IMG/VR virus record: IMGVR_UViG_3300023174_000001
Coordinates: 1-64,000 of that record
DNA length: 64,000 nucleotides
Direction: 5' to 3' (one strand)
Source: a virus
Shown here: one piece after another, positions 29,985 to 40,158 of the stretch
How the letters are laid out: every line of letters begins with the position of its first letter
Numbering within the stretch: the first letter of the stretch is position 1
The notes under the pieces: model-generated
What the model was told of the DNA's origin: nothing
Database searches by the model: none
What the model saw: only the letters and a program-made list of their open reading frames with translations
Program-made: the position numbers and the translations under genes

Positions 29985-30989
29985 ATGATGTCAAAAGTTT
30001 TTCTTACTGGCATGTCTGCTCCCCAGGCATCACCGAGTACTAATCAGAAAACACTAACCTACGCTGGAGTTCTAAACAAAGTATTAGTTAGTGCTGGTCA
30101 CGAAGTTACTTGGGCTAGTCCAAGCGTTCATATGACTGCCGAATCTTTGGATAAATTTGATGCGGTACTGGTAGGTATATCACCAATCACAAGTCTTGGT
30201 GCTAATAGAGTTTATGGTGCTTTGAGTGTAATAAACGCATTGAAAAATTCTGACAAACTTACCCTGTTTGTCGATACTTCAACTCCTAGTCAAATTGAAC
30301 CTAGCCTAAAGTCGGTTATAAATAACCCAGATAGTTTGACTAAGCAATTCTTTTCTTACAGAAAAGAGTTCTCTAATGTAATTGGAGATAAAGATTTACT
30401 TTCTAATGTTATTGCTGGTGCCAAATATCTTTATGAAGAAGATTGGACTACCACTATCTACCCAAAACTTCCTTGGAAGTCAGAATTTAGAATTATAAAA
30501 AATGCTAGGAAGAACCTAATTGGAGTAAACCTAGACTCACACTTGGTCCAAGAGCCTGTGGGTTCTTATGACAGAAGACTGAAATGGTCTGTAGATAATC
30601 TGTCTACCCCGTGGGCAACATCAGTTCTGTCTATCATAGAACTTCCTAATTCCCCTATGAAGTGGAATAAAGGTTGGACAGACGCTCAGGTTACTGAACA
30701 GATTTCTCGCTCTATAGGTGCCATTCTGTCTCCAGACAAGAGAGACGGCACTTATTGGTCTTATCGCTATGTTCAAGCAATGGATGCTTGTACCCCAATT
30801 GTCACTGACTGGAAAGAAAGTCAGGCTCTAGGAGATGCTTGGAACATTTTGGCTACTAATATAGAGTCTATGAGCCAAGACAAAAGGGATTTGATTGCTA
30901 CTGCTCAGCGGGATATTTATCTTGCTAGCATACCTAGCAAAAAAGAGGCTGTAGAGATACTACAGAATTCTATATTTAGGAGAAAATAA
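29985..30989 (+). CDS. Putative GT-B glycosyltransferase-like protein (possibly DNA-modifying)
   Basis: N-terminal Rossmann-like KVFLTG...AGHEVTW; C-terminal GAILSP...YWSYRYVQAMDACTPIV resembling GT-B donor-binding region; track start 29955 lies inside the terminator. Confidence 0.45.
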   Translation: MMSKVFLTGMSAPQASPSTNQKTLTYAGVLNKVLVSAGHEVTWASPSVHMTAESLDKFDAVLVGISPITSLGANRVYGALSVINALKNSDKLTLFVDTSTPSQIEPSLKSVINNPDSLTKQFFSYRKEFSNVIGDKDLLSNVIAGAKYLYEEDWTTTIYPKLPWKSEFRIIKNARKNLIGVNLDSHLVQEPVGSYDRRLKWSVDNLSTPWATSVLSIIELPNSPMKWNKGWTDAQVTEQISRSIGAILSPDKRDGTYWSYRYVQAMDACTPIVTDWKESQALGDAWNILATNIESMSQDKRDLIATAQRDIYLASIPSKKEAVEILQNSIFRRK

Positions 30990-31411
30990 TGCCAGAAGTA
31001 AATATTGATTGGGTAAAAACTCAATTTGCTAAAATTAACATCCACAAAGGTACTGGCCTTGCTGTAATTGAATTACTAGAGGCTTGGGGAAAATTAGACA
31101 TCAAAAACCCAGAGGTGGCAAAGACTGTGCTTTCTGTGTTTTCTGAACTTGCTCAGGGTAGGGCTATAGTTCCACCAGACAACTTTATTTGGGTACAGGC
31201 TCGTCGTGGCGACATCAAAGTTAGGGATGTGGTTCGTGTAAAGGCTGATGGTTATCCAGGCACAACTGGACAAGCCCATAACGGAAGAGTTGGCGTTGTC
31301 ATTGCTATTCGTTCTGGTGACATCATTGTAGATATTACGGATGAACTAGAACCAGTAGTAAAAGGTGCTCACCATTTACCTGAGGTATTAGAAAAAAGGA
31401 TTTCTGCCTAA
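30989..31411 (+). CDS. Hypothetical protein with SH3/KOW-like C-terminus
   Basis: IKVRDVVRVK...HNGRVGVVIAIRSGDIIV; translationally coupled. Confidence 0.6.
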   Translation: MPEVNIDWVKTQFAKINIHKGTGLAVIELLEAWGKLDIKNPEVAKTVLSVFSELAQGRAIVPPDNFIWVQARRGDIKVRDVVRVKADGYPGTTGQAHNGRVGVVIAIRSGDIIVDITDELEPVVKGAHHLPEVLEKRISA

Positions 31412-31602
31412 TGAAAACAAAAATGACTTTTACTACTATTGGTAGCAATAGAATTGATATTGAAAGACGGGCTGTTGACCAAATAGCCGAATTTCTTGGT
31501 ATTGATAAGTCGGAAGTGGATTCCAAATGTGATGTTGAAATTCACATACAGGCTGACATTAACGATAACTACACAGCAACTGTCTATGTGAGGGTAAAAT
31601 AA
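31411..31602 (+). CDS. Hypothetical protein
   Basis: TAATG-coupled on both sides. Confidence 0.6.
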   Translation: MKTKMTFTTIGSNRIDIERRAVDQIAEFLGIDKSEVDSKCDVEIHIQADINDNYTATVYVRVK

Positions 31603-32132
31603 TGGGAGATTCAGCACACGAAAATAAGTCTTGGGCTTCTACAGTCATAAGCAAACTACAACCAAAAAGTGTTTTAGATATCGGTCCTGGACAGGGTATT
31701 TATGGAAGAATTGTTCGTAAGTACTCACCTGCAACTGAAAGACTGGTTGGCGTAGAGATTTGGGGACCCTATGTTGAGCAATACAAAATTCGCGAGTTTT
31801 ATGATGAAGTTTGGATTTGCGATGCTCGCATTTATCCTGATTTTAAATATGACTTAGTAATCTTTGGAGATGTCTTAGAGCATATGACTAAGGAAGATGC
31901 TATTGCCTTATGGAAGAAAGTTTCTAAGCAAGCAAAATACGCCATTATATCTGTACCTATCATTCACTACCACCAAGGCCCCAATAACAACAATCCTTAT
32001 GAAGTTCATGTAAAGGAAGACTGGACTAGCGAAGAAGTGATGGAAAGTTTCCCCGGCATAGTGGCTCATGAAGATTTTGCTATTACAGGAATTTACTTAG
32101 CAAAGTTTGACAATACTAAGAAAAAGAAGTAG
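31602..32132 (+). CDS. Class I SAM-dependent methyltransferase
   Basis: VLDIGPGQG motif I, GVEIW, YDLVIFGDVLEH. Confidence 0.85.
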   Translation: MGDSAHENKSWASTVISKLQPKSVLDIGPGQGIYGRIVRKYSPATERLVGVEIWGPYVEQYKIREFYDEVWICDARIYPDFKYDLVIFGDVLEHMTKEDAIALWKKVSKQAKYAIISVPIIHYHQGPNNNNPYEVHVKEDWTSEEVMESFPGIVAHEDFAITGIYLAKFDNTKKKK

Positions 32133-32163
32133 TATCTATAACACAAATGACAAAAGGACAATT

Positions 32164-32655
32164 ATGCAAACATTCGTACCACTTACTAGCACTGCCACAG
32201 ACATTGCTAAAGTTCTAGACAACAAGCGTCTCAACAAGCAAGCCCTAGAAGGCTGGCAGATTCTTATGACCCTGCTCGAACTAGACCCTGAAGGCAACCA
32301 CCGAACACCTAAAGGCTGGGCTAATCACCCTGCCGTAAAGATGTGGCGTGGGCACGAGATGGCTCTGTTTATGTACATCTACGCAATGGTTGAAGAGTGG
32401 AAGTCTCGTGGCTACAAGTCAACTATTGCTACCAAGGCTTGGAATACTGTTCAGGTTGCTATGGAAAGAAAACTAATTACTGAAGAAATCACGGCACCTG
32501 CTTGGATAGAAGATGTTGAACTGTTTGAGAAAATTGCTTCTACCCACAGACTTGCTTTGCTATGCAAAGACTACGAGTGGTATTCGCAGTTCGGTTGGCC
32601 AGAAGATACAGGCTCTAAACCAGAAGCATATGATTATTTCTGGCCAGTTGCCTAA
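32164..32655 (+). CDS. Pyrimidine-dimer DNA glycosylase-like (MSMEG_6728/DenV family)
   Basis: MQTFVP...LDNKRLNKQALE..QI, GWANHPAVKMWRG, HR.ALL.KD, YFWP. Confidence 0.8.
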   Translation: MQTFVPLTSTATDIAKVLDNKRLNKQALEGWQILMTLLELDPEGNHRTPKGWANHPAVKMWRGHEMALFMYIYAMVEEWKSRGYKSTIATKAWNTVQVAMERKLITEEITAPAWIEDVELFEKIASTHRLALLCKDYEWYSQFGWPEDTGSKPEAYDYFWPVA

Positions 32656-32724
32656 ATAATAGAACGGCGTGTCTCGCCCTGCTTTATTCTATAAAACAGT
32701 GTATTCTTTTATAGAGGTAATCAT

Positions 32725-33072
32725 ATGAAAGATTCACGCAAAGGCGAAACACTCTGGAGTGAGTGGTTTGGCGGTGGCTACGAAAGAAACACTTCTAGTG
32801 CCACTGTTTTCTACACTGAAGACCATATTGATATCCACAACGAAATAGTGAGACGAGCATTAGCCTCTGCCATTCAAAGAGACGGTATTACCGACTCTCT
32901 TGGCGGGGCTTTTCGTTTACTTGACGGTCCAGTAATTGTCCTTGAAGGATACGCTGGATTTGTCGATGGAGACGATGAAATGACCTTATGTGATAAAGAT
33001 GGAATAACTACGCACGAAGATAATGCAGATAGCGTTATTCCTATCACTTGGGTTGAAATAAATGTCGATTGA
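32725..33072 (+). CDS. Hypothetical protein
   Basis: ORF with GAGG RBS. Confidence 0.6.
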   Translation: MKDSRKGETLWSEWFGGGYERNTSSATVFYTEDHIDIHNEIVRRALASAIQRDGITDSLGGAFRLLDGPVIVLEGYAGFVDGDDEMTLCDKDGITTHEDNADSVIPITWVEINVD

Positions 33073-33529
33073 AAAAACTAAATGGCTAGCCGATTCCTTA
33101 TGTTCTAAAAAAGAGAATAAGCATATGATTGAGTGGTTCTTCTCGGAAGAGCCTGAAGAAAAGTATGCTGCTAAAAACTTATGCTTTGCTTGCCCTGTGC
33201 GAAAAGACTGTATCAAGTATGCTCTTGAAGAAAAGCAAATTTGGGGTGTATGGGGAGGTAGAGATGAAAACGAGATTCGTAGAATTCTATCCGTAGACGC
33301 TAATGGCGACGAATGCCGTAGAGAGCGTTATCCTCAGTGTCCGTTCTGTTTTGCCAGAACTGCCAAACTAAAAACTTATATTGTTGATTTGCCTGGTGGC
33401 GGTCGCTGGACTACCGCTCGTATGGTTGAGTGTACAGATTGTACTTTTGCTTGGCGTAGCCGTACAAGTGCTAATGCGGTAAACGCATACCACTTACAAA
33501 AAGAAGATAAGAAAAAGCCTAAGAAGTAA
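33062..33529 (+). CDS. whiB: WhiB-family regulator fused to C-terminal zinc ribbon
   Basis: C...WFF...AKNLCFACPVRKDC...GVWGG, then CPFC...CTDC. Confidence 0.85.
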   Translation: MSIEKTKWLADSLCSKKENKHMIEWFFSEEPEEKYAAKNLCFACPVRKDCIKYALEEKQIWGVWGGRDENEIRRILSVDANGDECRRERYPQCPFCFARTAKLKTYIVDLPGGGRWTTARMVECTDCTFAWRSRTSANAVNAYHLQKEDKKKPKK

Positions 33530-34732
33530 TTACAGTCTTACTGGAATTACGCTGATATTTTCTCTAGGGTCATAGTCTCCACCAAACACCATAGTCAATA
33601 GACCTGGCTTGGATTCTAATCCTGCTCTGTCCCTAAACCACTCTGAACCTGGGTCTGTTGTTGGGCACTGTACCCACAGACGGTCTCCGATATCCATTGT
33701 GCGGAAGTTGTGGAAGTGCCCTGACACCCACAGGTCTGCCCCACCTAGTGCGGTTTGACCTGCTGACTGCTGTGATAGGTACTTCAAGACATTGTTTTGA
33801 TTTGCTTGATGTCCGTGAAAAATACCAAGCATAGTTCCATTGATATCAACTGTAAGAGTTTGATGTCCAGATGCTGGATAACGGAACTCTACATGAGACA
33901 GTGCTGGGTTCTCAGCACAAGCATCTTGAACTGCTGAAGCAATCTCCACATTCCAACCATCTGCGGGGTCTGCTGACACTTGGCGAGTTACTTCATCGTG
34001 GTTTCCGTTTACTACTGGGACTATAAGCCTTTCGCAATAAGGGGCTAATGCTTTTATTTGTGCCATAAGCAATCTACGAGCAACTCTTACCTGCTCTGTA
34101 AGACCTAAGTCTGATGATGCTAAACCTTGAAGTCTTCCGTTCTGACTTGTATTGCCTTCAACATGGTCGCCCGGCAAACCTAGAACGATGGTGCCAAGAT
34201 TGAGACCCATTTTTTGTAGACCTTTGAAACGAGCCACCGATTGTGATGTCAGGTTTAGTAGTCTGTCAATTGATTGCTGAGTTCCACCAGAGCCAGTCTT
34301 CTTACCAATCTGCTGGTCGCTTGGGAATACCGCGTAAGCACCTTCACCAGTGCCCATCTTTATGCCACGCTCTGGCTTCCACTTTTTGATTTCATCAATT
34401 AGTTGCTCAGCATCAAGTTTTTCTGCTCGGTCAACACCAATTGGTAAAAGATTTACACGGACTGACTCTAGCCACTCACCGTGATAGGTCTGCCAGCGTG
34501 AGCGTCTTAGCGAAGCCACTGCCCAATCGTCAGGGTCTAGCCCAAACTCTTCAAGAATAGTTTTAGTGTCTGGGACTTCTCCAGCAGGTCTTGGCTTAGA
34601 AACAACAAAACCACCCTTAGATTCATCTACATCTAAGCGTGGTCGCCATTCTTCTGGAGTATTTGTGTATCTTATGTCAGAGCCAGATTTTCCTGGACTA
34701 GCCATATCTTCAAGACGGTCTGAGATGGTCAT
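33530..34732 (-). CDS. Calcineurin-like metallophosphoesterase / nuclease
   Basis: SDQQIGK, GDHVEG, GNHD, FHGH, GHFH motifs; ATG at 34732 coupled to upstream stop. Confidence 0.8.
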   Translation of the reverse strand: MTISDRLEDMASPGKSGSDIRYTNTPEEWRPRLDVDESKGGFVVSKPRPAGEVPDTKTILEEFGLDPDDWAVASLRRSRWQTYHGEWLESVRVNLLPIGVDRAEKLDAEQLIDEIKKWKPERGIKMGTGEGAYAVFPSDQQIGKKTGSGGTQQSIDRLLNLTSQSVARFKGLQKMGLNLGTIVLGLPGDHVEGNTSQNGRLQGLASSDLGLTEQVRVARRLLMAQIKALAPYCERLIVPVVNGNHDEVTRQVSADPADGWNVEIASAVQDACAENPALSHVEFRYPASGHQTLTVDINGTMLGIFHGHQANQNNVLKYLSQQSAGQTALGGADLWVSGHFHNFRTMDIGDRLWVQCPTTDPGSEWFRDRAGLESKPGLLTMVFGGDYDPRENISVIPVRL

Positions 34733-35004
34733 TATTTTCCTGCCACTAGATTGAAGCAACCGCAGTCTTTGCGACGGTGCCTATCAACGGTGCTTAGACT
34801 AATATCATAACCCTCTTCACGAAGTATCTTGGAAAGGGCAACATTGGTAACTCTGCCTGGAACACCTTCTGGAACATCAAAGGTTTCAATCAAAATCTTT
34901 TTATCTTTTTCAGACAGAACTTCTCCACCCAAAAGCAAGCCGATTTTACATAACTTAGTATTAGATTCTTTAGACGCTGATTGTAAGCGTTCTGATAGAG
35001 ACAT
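34732..35004 (-). CDS. Small HTH/zinc-binding protein
   Basis: N-terminal C, ALSKILREEGYDISLSTVDRHRRKDCGC. Confidence 0.65.
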   Translation of the reverse strand: MSLSERLQSASKESNTKLCKIGLLLGGEVLSEKDKKILIETFDVPEGVPGRVTNVALSKILREEGYDISLSTVDRHRRKDCGCFNLVAGK

Positions 35005-35054
35005 ATCTAAATCCTTCGGTCAGGTCTGTCATTATTTATGATACTTGATAGCGG

Positions 35055-35396
35055 CTAAGAATTTACCCTTATATCAGCCTTTTTTGAACGGCGTGTCTTG
35101 GCTGGCTCTACTGGCAAATTTGGGATTAGGAATTCTTTTATAAGCGTCAATTCTGTTGTTGTCTTTATAGAGTGTGCTTCAATGGTGTTTACTCGGTCTG
35201 CTAGAGACGAGCCACCGTTTTCCCAGAGTTGGTGCTCTACTCTGTCTAGTCTGTCAGCAATCGTGCGACCATTTTTATCAACGCCAATTGCATCTCCAAT
35301 TCTTCTAGCGACCCTATAAATAGCGACAAGCGAGCCAATAATTATGCCTAGAGCAGTTATTACTGCTGCGATGGTTAGAATAAGTTCCTGAGCCAT
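35055..35396 (-). CDS. Single-pass membrane protein (holin-associated type)
   Basis: N-terminal TM helix, then ENGGSSLADRV motif of actinophage membrane proteins. Confidence 0.65.
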   Translation of the reverse strand: MAQELILTIAAVITALGIIIGSLVAIYRVARRIGDAIGVDKNGRTIADRLDRVEHQLWENGGSSLADRVNTIEAHSIKTTTELTLIKEFLIPNLPVEPAKTRRSKKADIRVNS

Positions 35397-35602
35397 GGTT
35401 TAGAATAGAACTCTCGTTTTGGTCTTCGTAGTGAAGAATTATGATTATAACTATTGTATCAAAAAAGAAAATCCTTATTTTTTGTTGAGACTTGCGGCCT
35501 TTCTAAGATATTTGAATTACAAAGTGCTAATATGGTCAAACTAGAACAACGCAAAAAACGATAGAGAGACAGGCAACCTGTGGATTGGGCAATGATTATC
35601 TG

Positions 35603-38236
35603 ATGTCATCAGACCACAAAGAACGGCTAAAAAAGGCTACCGACTGGTACGCCAAGCAGAATTGGAAGATTCTCCCTTGCTACGGAATCAATGATTCTGG
35701 TCGCTGTACCTGTAATGGTCAGCACGATGAACCTAAAGATGTAGGTAAGCATCCAGCAATTGGAGATTGGAATACCCGTGCTTCCGATGATGAATTAGTT
35801 GTACAGACTTGGTGGACCAATTCCCCTGAGAACAATGTTGGCGTTGTATGCCAGAAGTCTGGCTTCTTTGTAATTGACATTGACCCACGCTCTGGTGGTA
35901 TTGACTCTTGGGAAAAGTTTCAAGAACTTATGGAGTATGACCTACCTGAAACCGTAGAAGCGTACACTGGTGCGTATTCCTACAACGGAAAAAATTCTCG
36001 TGGTCGCCACATCTATTACAGAATTGCCGACAGTGAAAAACTAATCGGAAACTTGAAATCTCTAAACTTGCCGGGCATTGACATCAAGCACAACGGTTAT
36101 GTTTTACTTGCACCGTCTCGCCACTTCTCTGGTGTGAATTACGAGTGGGTTGAGGGTAAGGCTCCTTGGCAAATTTCTATTGCGGATGCTAACGAAAAAC
36201 TGCTTTCAATTTTGCGTAAAGGTGGCCGTAGAAACACTGGAACTTCACTAGGAGACGGAGACTGGGGTTCTTTCTCTGAACTTGATTACAGTGGCGAATC
36301 TGTAGACATTGCTAAGTTTCTTGAGGAGGGTATTGACGAGGGCTCTCGTGCCGTAGATATCTATAAGTTGGCTTGTGCTCTTGCCAACAAGATGGGCGTG
36401 GATACCGAATACAAGCGTATGGCGATTGAAACACTGATGATTCGTTTCAACCACGAAAAGGTTCGCCCGCCTATGGAACTTGAGGGCCCGAATTCTTTGC
36501 TTATGCACACTCGTCGTGCCATTGAATTTGTTTCCAACAATCCAATTACAGAAGCGATTTGGCCTGGACTTCAAGATTGGGCTACTAAAAATAAAAATCA
36601 AAATGTTGCTGGCTATCAAGGTCAAGTAGAGCGTGAAAGTACTTCTGACCCAGATGATGTAGAGATTTATCAAAGCACCTCACTTCACGGAACCGTTGGT
36701 GGTGCCGTAGACGAGGCTGCTCGTAATGGAATTTCTATCGCTCAGGCTTTCGGTTCTGGCGACATTGACATTCCTAAAGACCCAGACGCTATCACTGAAG
36801 CAGAGGGTGGAACTCCAGGCAAGCGTTCCCTATCAGATATTGGTAATGGTCGTAGATTAGTAGACGCTTTTGGTTCTTCTGTTCGCTACACTCCAGGAAT
36901 TGGTTGGTTTATTTGGAACGGTCAGTACTGGAAAGCCGATGCGGAAGATTTAGGTATGCAGGAGTTGGCTAAGAAACTAGCACCAATCATTGCTTCTGAA
37001 GTTTCTCAGTACGATGACCAAGACAAGAAAAACGATGTCGTAAAGTGGGCTGGACAAGCCAAGGCTAATGGTCGCCTAAACAGTGCCATTGATAGTGCCA
37101 ACTCTGATACTCGTGTTGTCACAGCAGTTGAGTCTTGGGATGGAGATAAGCATCTTCTAGGCGTAGCAAATGGTGTAGTTGATTTGAAAACTGGTGAACT
37201 CATAAAAGGTAGACCAGAACTTCACATTACAAAGAGAGCACCTGTTGGCTATACTCAAGGACTACGCAATGTTCGTTGGGAGCAGTTTGTTGACTTTGCT
37301 ACTGGTGGAGATAAAGAACTTCAAGAATGGCTTCAGCGTGCTGCTGGATACACTCTTACTGGTTTGAATACTCAAGATGTTATGTTCTTGGTTTACGGTC
37401 CGCCGGGTTCTGGTAAGAACACATTTGTTGAAGCACTCGTAAAAGCATTAGGCACTCAGCAATACTCTTGGCCTCTAGACTCAAGTATCCTTGCCGCTAA
37501 TGATGGGTCATCTAGTAGCACTGACCTATACCACTGGGCGGAACTTCGTGGTCGTCGTATGGTTTGGGTTGACGAGTTACCAGACTCCGAGCGTCTAAAA
37601 GAAAACTCGGTAAAGAAACTTACTGGCTCATCTGAAATTTCTGCTCGTTCTCCAGGTGAAAAGCCATTCACATTTGAGTCAAGTGCTAAGTTGTGGGTCA
37701 CCACCAACCACAGACCTATCATTACTGACGAGGCTATGTGGAGAAGACTTCGCCCTGTGCCTTGGAGCAATGTTCCAGATAATCCAGACCCTGACCTAAA
37801 GGCTTACTTGTTTGACCCTGAGGGTGCTCTACCTGCTGTGCTGTCTTGGGCTGTCGAGGGAGCAATAAGATATTTGAACTCTAGTGCTAGAGACCCTCTT
37901 GGTTGGTGTACTGCTGTAAAAACTGCTGGCGAGATGTACCAAAAGAACGAAGACCGCATTGGTATGTTCTTGGAAGAAGAGACTAAGGAATCTAATGGTG
38001 GCTCCTTGGCTGTAAAGAACCTTTACTCTGTCTACCGTATGTGGTCAGAAGACCGCGGTGAAAGGGCTATGACTCAGATTGCGTTTCAGCGTAAACTCTC
38101 TGACCGTGGTCTTGATATAGTAGGACAAGGCTCTAGAGCAGAGATTCAGAATATGATTCTCTTGCCTAAGGCAGTACCAACATCAACTGATGTTGACTGG
38201 AGTGTTGTAAACAGATTCAATACAAACCGTTTCTAA
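35603..38236 (+). CDS. Bifunctional primase-polymerase fused to D5/P4-type SF3 helicase
   Basis: C.C..H..GKHP, NVGV, VIDIDPR, GRHIYY, GYVLLAPSRH; GPPGSGKNT Walker A, WVDE, TTNHRP. Confidence 0.92.
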   Translation: MSSDHKERLKKATDWYAKQNWKILPCYGINDSGRCTCNGQHDEPKDVGKHPAIGDWNTRASDDELVVQTWWTNSPENNVGVVCQKSGFFVIDIDPRSGGIDSWEKFQELMEYDLPETVEAYTGAYSYNGKNSRGRHIYYRIADSEKLIGNLKSLNLPGIDIKHNGYVLLAPSRHFSGVNYEWVEGKAPWQISIADANEKLLSILRKGGRRNTGTSLGDGDWGSFSELDYSGESVDIAKFLEEGIDEGSRAVDIYKLACALANKMGVDTEYKRMAIETLMIRFNHEKVRPPMELEGPNSLLMHTRRAIEFVSNNPITEAIWPGLQDWATKNKNQNVAGYQGQVERESTSDPDDVEIYQSTSLHGTVGGAVDEAARNGISIAQAFGSGDIDIPKDPDAITEAEGGTPGKRSLSDIGNGRRLVDAFGSSVRYTPGIGWFIWNGQYWKADAEDLGMQELAKKLAPIIASEVSQYDDQDKKNDVVKWAGQAKANGRLNSAIDSANSDTRVVTAVESWDGDKHLLGVANGVVDLKTGELIKGRPELHITKRAPVGYTQGLRNVRWEQFVDFATGGDKELQEWLQRAAGYTLTGLNTQDVMFLVYGPPGSGKNTFVEALVKALGTQQYSWPLDSSILAANDGSSSSTDLYHWAELRGRRMVWVDELPDSERLKENSVKKLTGSSEISARSPGEKPFTFESSAKLWVTTNHRPIITDEAMWRRLRPVPWSNVPDNPDPDLKAYLFDPEGALPAVLSWAVEGAIRYLNSSARDPLGWCTAVKTAGEMYQKNEDRIGMFLEEETKESNGGSLAVKNLYSVYRMWSEDRGERAMTQIAFQRKLSDRGLDIVGQGSRAEIQNMILLPKAVPTSTDVDWSVVNRFNTNRF

Positions 38237-38344
38237 GCACTTACCTACACAGATATGTTGTAGAGTAAAAATGTCTAGTTGCGGGAGAGTAACAAGATAG
38301 GGCTGGGGTCGCAAGACCTCAGTCCTCCTAACAGAAAGATAAAT

Positions 38345-39196
38345 ATGAAAATTGTAATTGGTACACCTATGTATGGTGGAAACTCTAAGAGCGTCTATGT
38401 ATCTTGCTTGACGCAACTCACTGCTTTACTAAATCAGGCAGGGCATCAAGTAAACCTTATGTCTATTACTAACGAAAGCCTAATCACTAGAGCAAGAAAT
38501 ACTCTTGCTCATATGTTTATGAAGAGCGATGCCGATGCTTTGCTATTTATTGATGGCGACCACGGATGGGTTTCTGAAGACATTGTAAAGATGGTCAACT
38601 CAGGTAAAGACCTTATTGGTGCCATCTACCCTATGAAGTCCATCAATTGGGACAATGTTCGTAAGGCTGCTCTTGCTGGTAGAGAAAATCTCGAACTCTA
38701 CTCTGGAAACTTTGCTGTTAATTTTTTGCCAGACTCTCAGACTTTTAAAGCAGACGAGCCTTTTAAGGTTCGTGATGTTGGTACTGGAATGATGTTTATT
38801 CGTCGTAATGTTTTTGAGGAGATGGCTAAATCAGATTTAGTTGCTAAATATAGAAACAACTCTCCTACTATTGAAATTGAAATGGGCGAAGAAATTAATG
38901 AGTTTTTTACTACTTACATCACGCCTGAGCCAGAGTCTATTCTTTTATCTGAAGACTATGCTTTCTGCGACATTTGGCGTAAGTTAGGTCACGATGCGTA
39001 CGCTGCTCCTTGGGTAAGAATTACTCACGCTGGTGAATATAACTTCCCTGGCTACTTCCTGAATACTTTAGAGATTCAAGGACAAGTGGAAGGTACTACA
39101 AATGGAACTTTTAGCCAGCCAGTCCCTACTGAATTGAGTCAATCAGATTCTTTACAGTCGTTGGATACCATAATCGCTGATTCTGAGTTGGAATAG
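38345..39196 (+). CDS. GT-A fold glycosyltransferase
   Basis: IGTPMYGG, NESLITRARN, FIDGD (DxD), GTGMMFIRR, LSEDYAFC. Confidence 0.8.
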   Translation: MKIVIGTPMYGGNSKSVYVSCLTQLTALLNQAGHQVNLMSITNESLITRARNTLAHMFMKSDADALLFIDGDHGWVSEDIVKMVNSGKDLIGAIYPMKSINWDNVRKAALAGRENLELYSGNFAVNFLPDSQTFKADEPFKVRDVGTGMMFIRRNVFEEMAKSDLVAKYRNNSPTIEIEMGEEINEFFTTYITPEPESILLSEDYAFCDIWRKLGHDAYAAPWVRITHAGEYNFPGYFLNTLEIQGQVEGTTNGTFSQPVPTELSQSDSLQSLDTIIADSELE

Positions 39197-39785
39197 AGTC
39201 TCGGTTTAGTCCGTCAGCAATCTTTTTAAATGAAGCCCCCTGAGAGCGTTCAAAGATAATTCGGTCTTTGATTTCTTGGGGGGTTTTGTTCATTGGCCCC
39301 ATGTCTACTCCCCAAACAATTCCACGCTGGCGACGGTCTTTATGGACATCCTTCTGTCGCTCAGAGATAATCCCACGCTCCATCTCAGCCAAAGCAGACA
39401 TAATCGTAACCACGAAACGCCCTTGATAGGTGGAGGTGTCTAAGTTTAGGTCAAGCATTACCAAACGCCAATTGTTTACATTAGCCCTATCTACAATGCT
39501 CAAGAAGTCCTTCGTAGAGCGTGCCAAACGGTCTATGCGGGTGACAAATATTGCTTTGGCTTCTCCACTATCCAACCGTTTCAAAGCGTCTGTAAGGGCT
39601 GGTCTGCCCGTAATTGACTTACCTGAACGACCTTCTTCCCTAACAACTTCTACATTCTCGTACCCTGCTAGTTTGGCGGCTTGCTCTAGTTGTCTAGTCT
39701 GAACATCTAGGCTCACTCCGTCGCTGGCTTGAAGTTGAGTAGAGACTCTTGTATATAATAAAGCCAAATCTTTATTCGGTTCCAT
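39126..39785 (-). CDS. Small serine recombinase (resolvase/invertase family)
   Basis: YTRVST catalytic Ser, SGKS...RPAL, TRIDRLARS, AEMER; short C-terminal DNA-binding region. Confidence 0.9.
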   Translation of the reverse strand: MEPNKDLALLYTRVSTQLQASDGVSLDVQTRQLEQAAKLAGYENVEVVREEGRSGKSITGRPALTDALKRLDSGEAKAIFVTRIDRLARSTKDFLSIVDRANVNNWRLVMLDLNLDTSTYQGRFVVTIMSALAEMERGIISERQKDVHKDRRQRGIVWGVDMGPMNKTPQEIKDRIIFERSQGASFKKIADGLNRDSIPTQNQRLWYPTTVKNLIDSIQ

Positions 39786-40128
39786 TGGTATCCGTCTGTT
39801 TTCCTTGTGCCAACTGAACCTTACGCTTTTTCTTATATTCTTTTGCCAAATGCTGTTCAGTTTTGTTCTTAGCGTGTACGGTCTTAATCATTTCTAATGA
39901 GCAACTTCTGAATGACTCCATCTTTCTTGACCCACCCCAGACATCTATCCACTCTTTACCTTTTTCGGTTTTTACATATTTTATAAATATGTATCTACCA
40001 GACCAGCCTTGAATTTTTAGTTCCGTGCCGGGCCTCACATTGCGACCATTGATTTGCATCTCAGTAGTAATTTCCCAAAGTGCGTTTGGTTTTACTGACT
40101 CTACAATTTGTTGTTTCTTTTTAGACAT
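39772..40128 (-). CDS. Hypothetical basic protein
   Basis: ORF with AGGAG RBS, overlaps recombinase start. Confidence 0.6.
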   Translation of the reverse strand: MSKKKQQIVESVKPNALWEITTEMQINGRNVRPGTELKIQGWSGRYIFIKYVKTEKGKEWIDVWGGSRKMESFRSCSLEMIKTVHAKNKTEQHLAKEYKKKRKVQLAQGKQTDTNGTE

Positions 40129-40158
40129 TGCTTACTCCTATCGGTAAAGACAAGCCTA

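Noticed and set aside
35397-35602. Replication origin upstream of the primase-helicase
   Set aside because: AT-rich but no iterons seen; explained by divergent promoters
39126-39785. Integrase or IS607 transposase
   Set aside because: Too short for a large serine integrase; lacks the N-terminal HTH and adjacent tnpB of IS607
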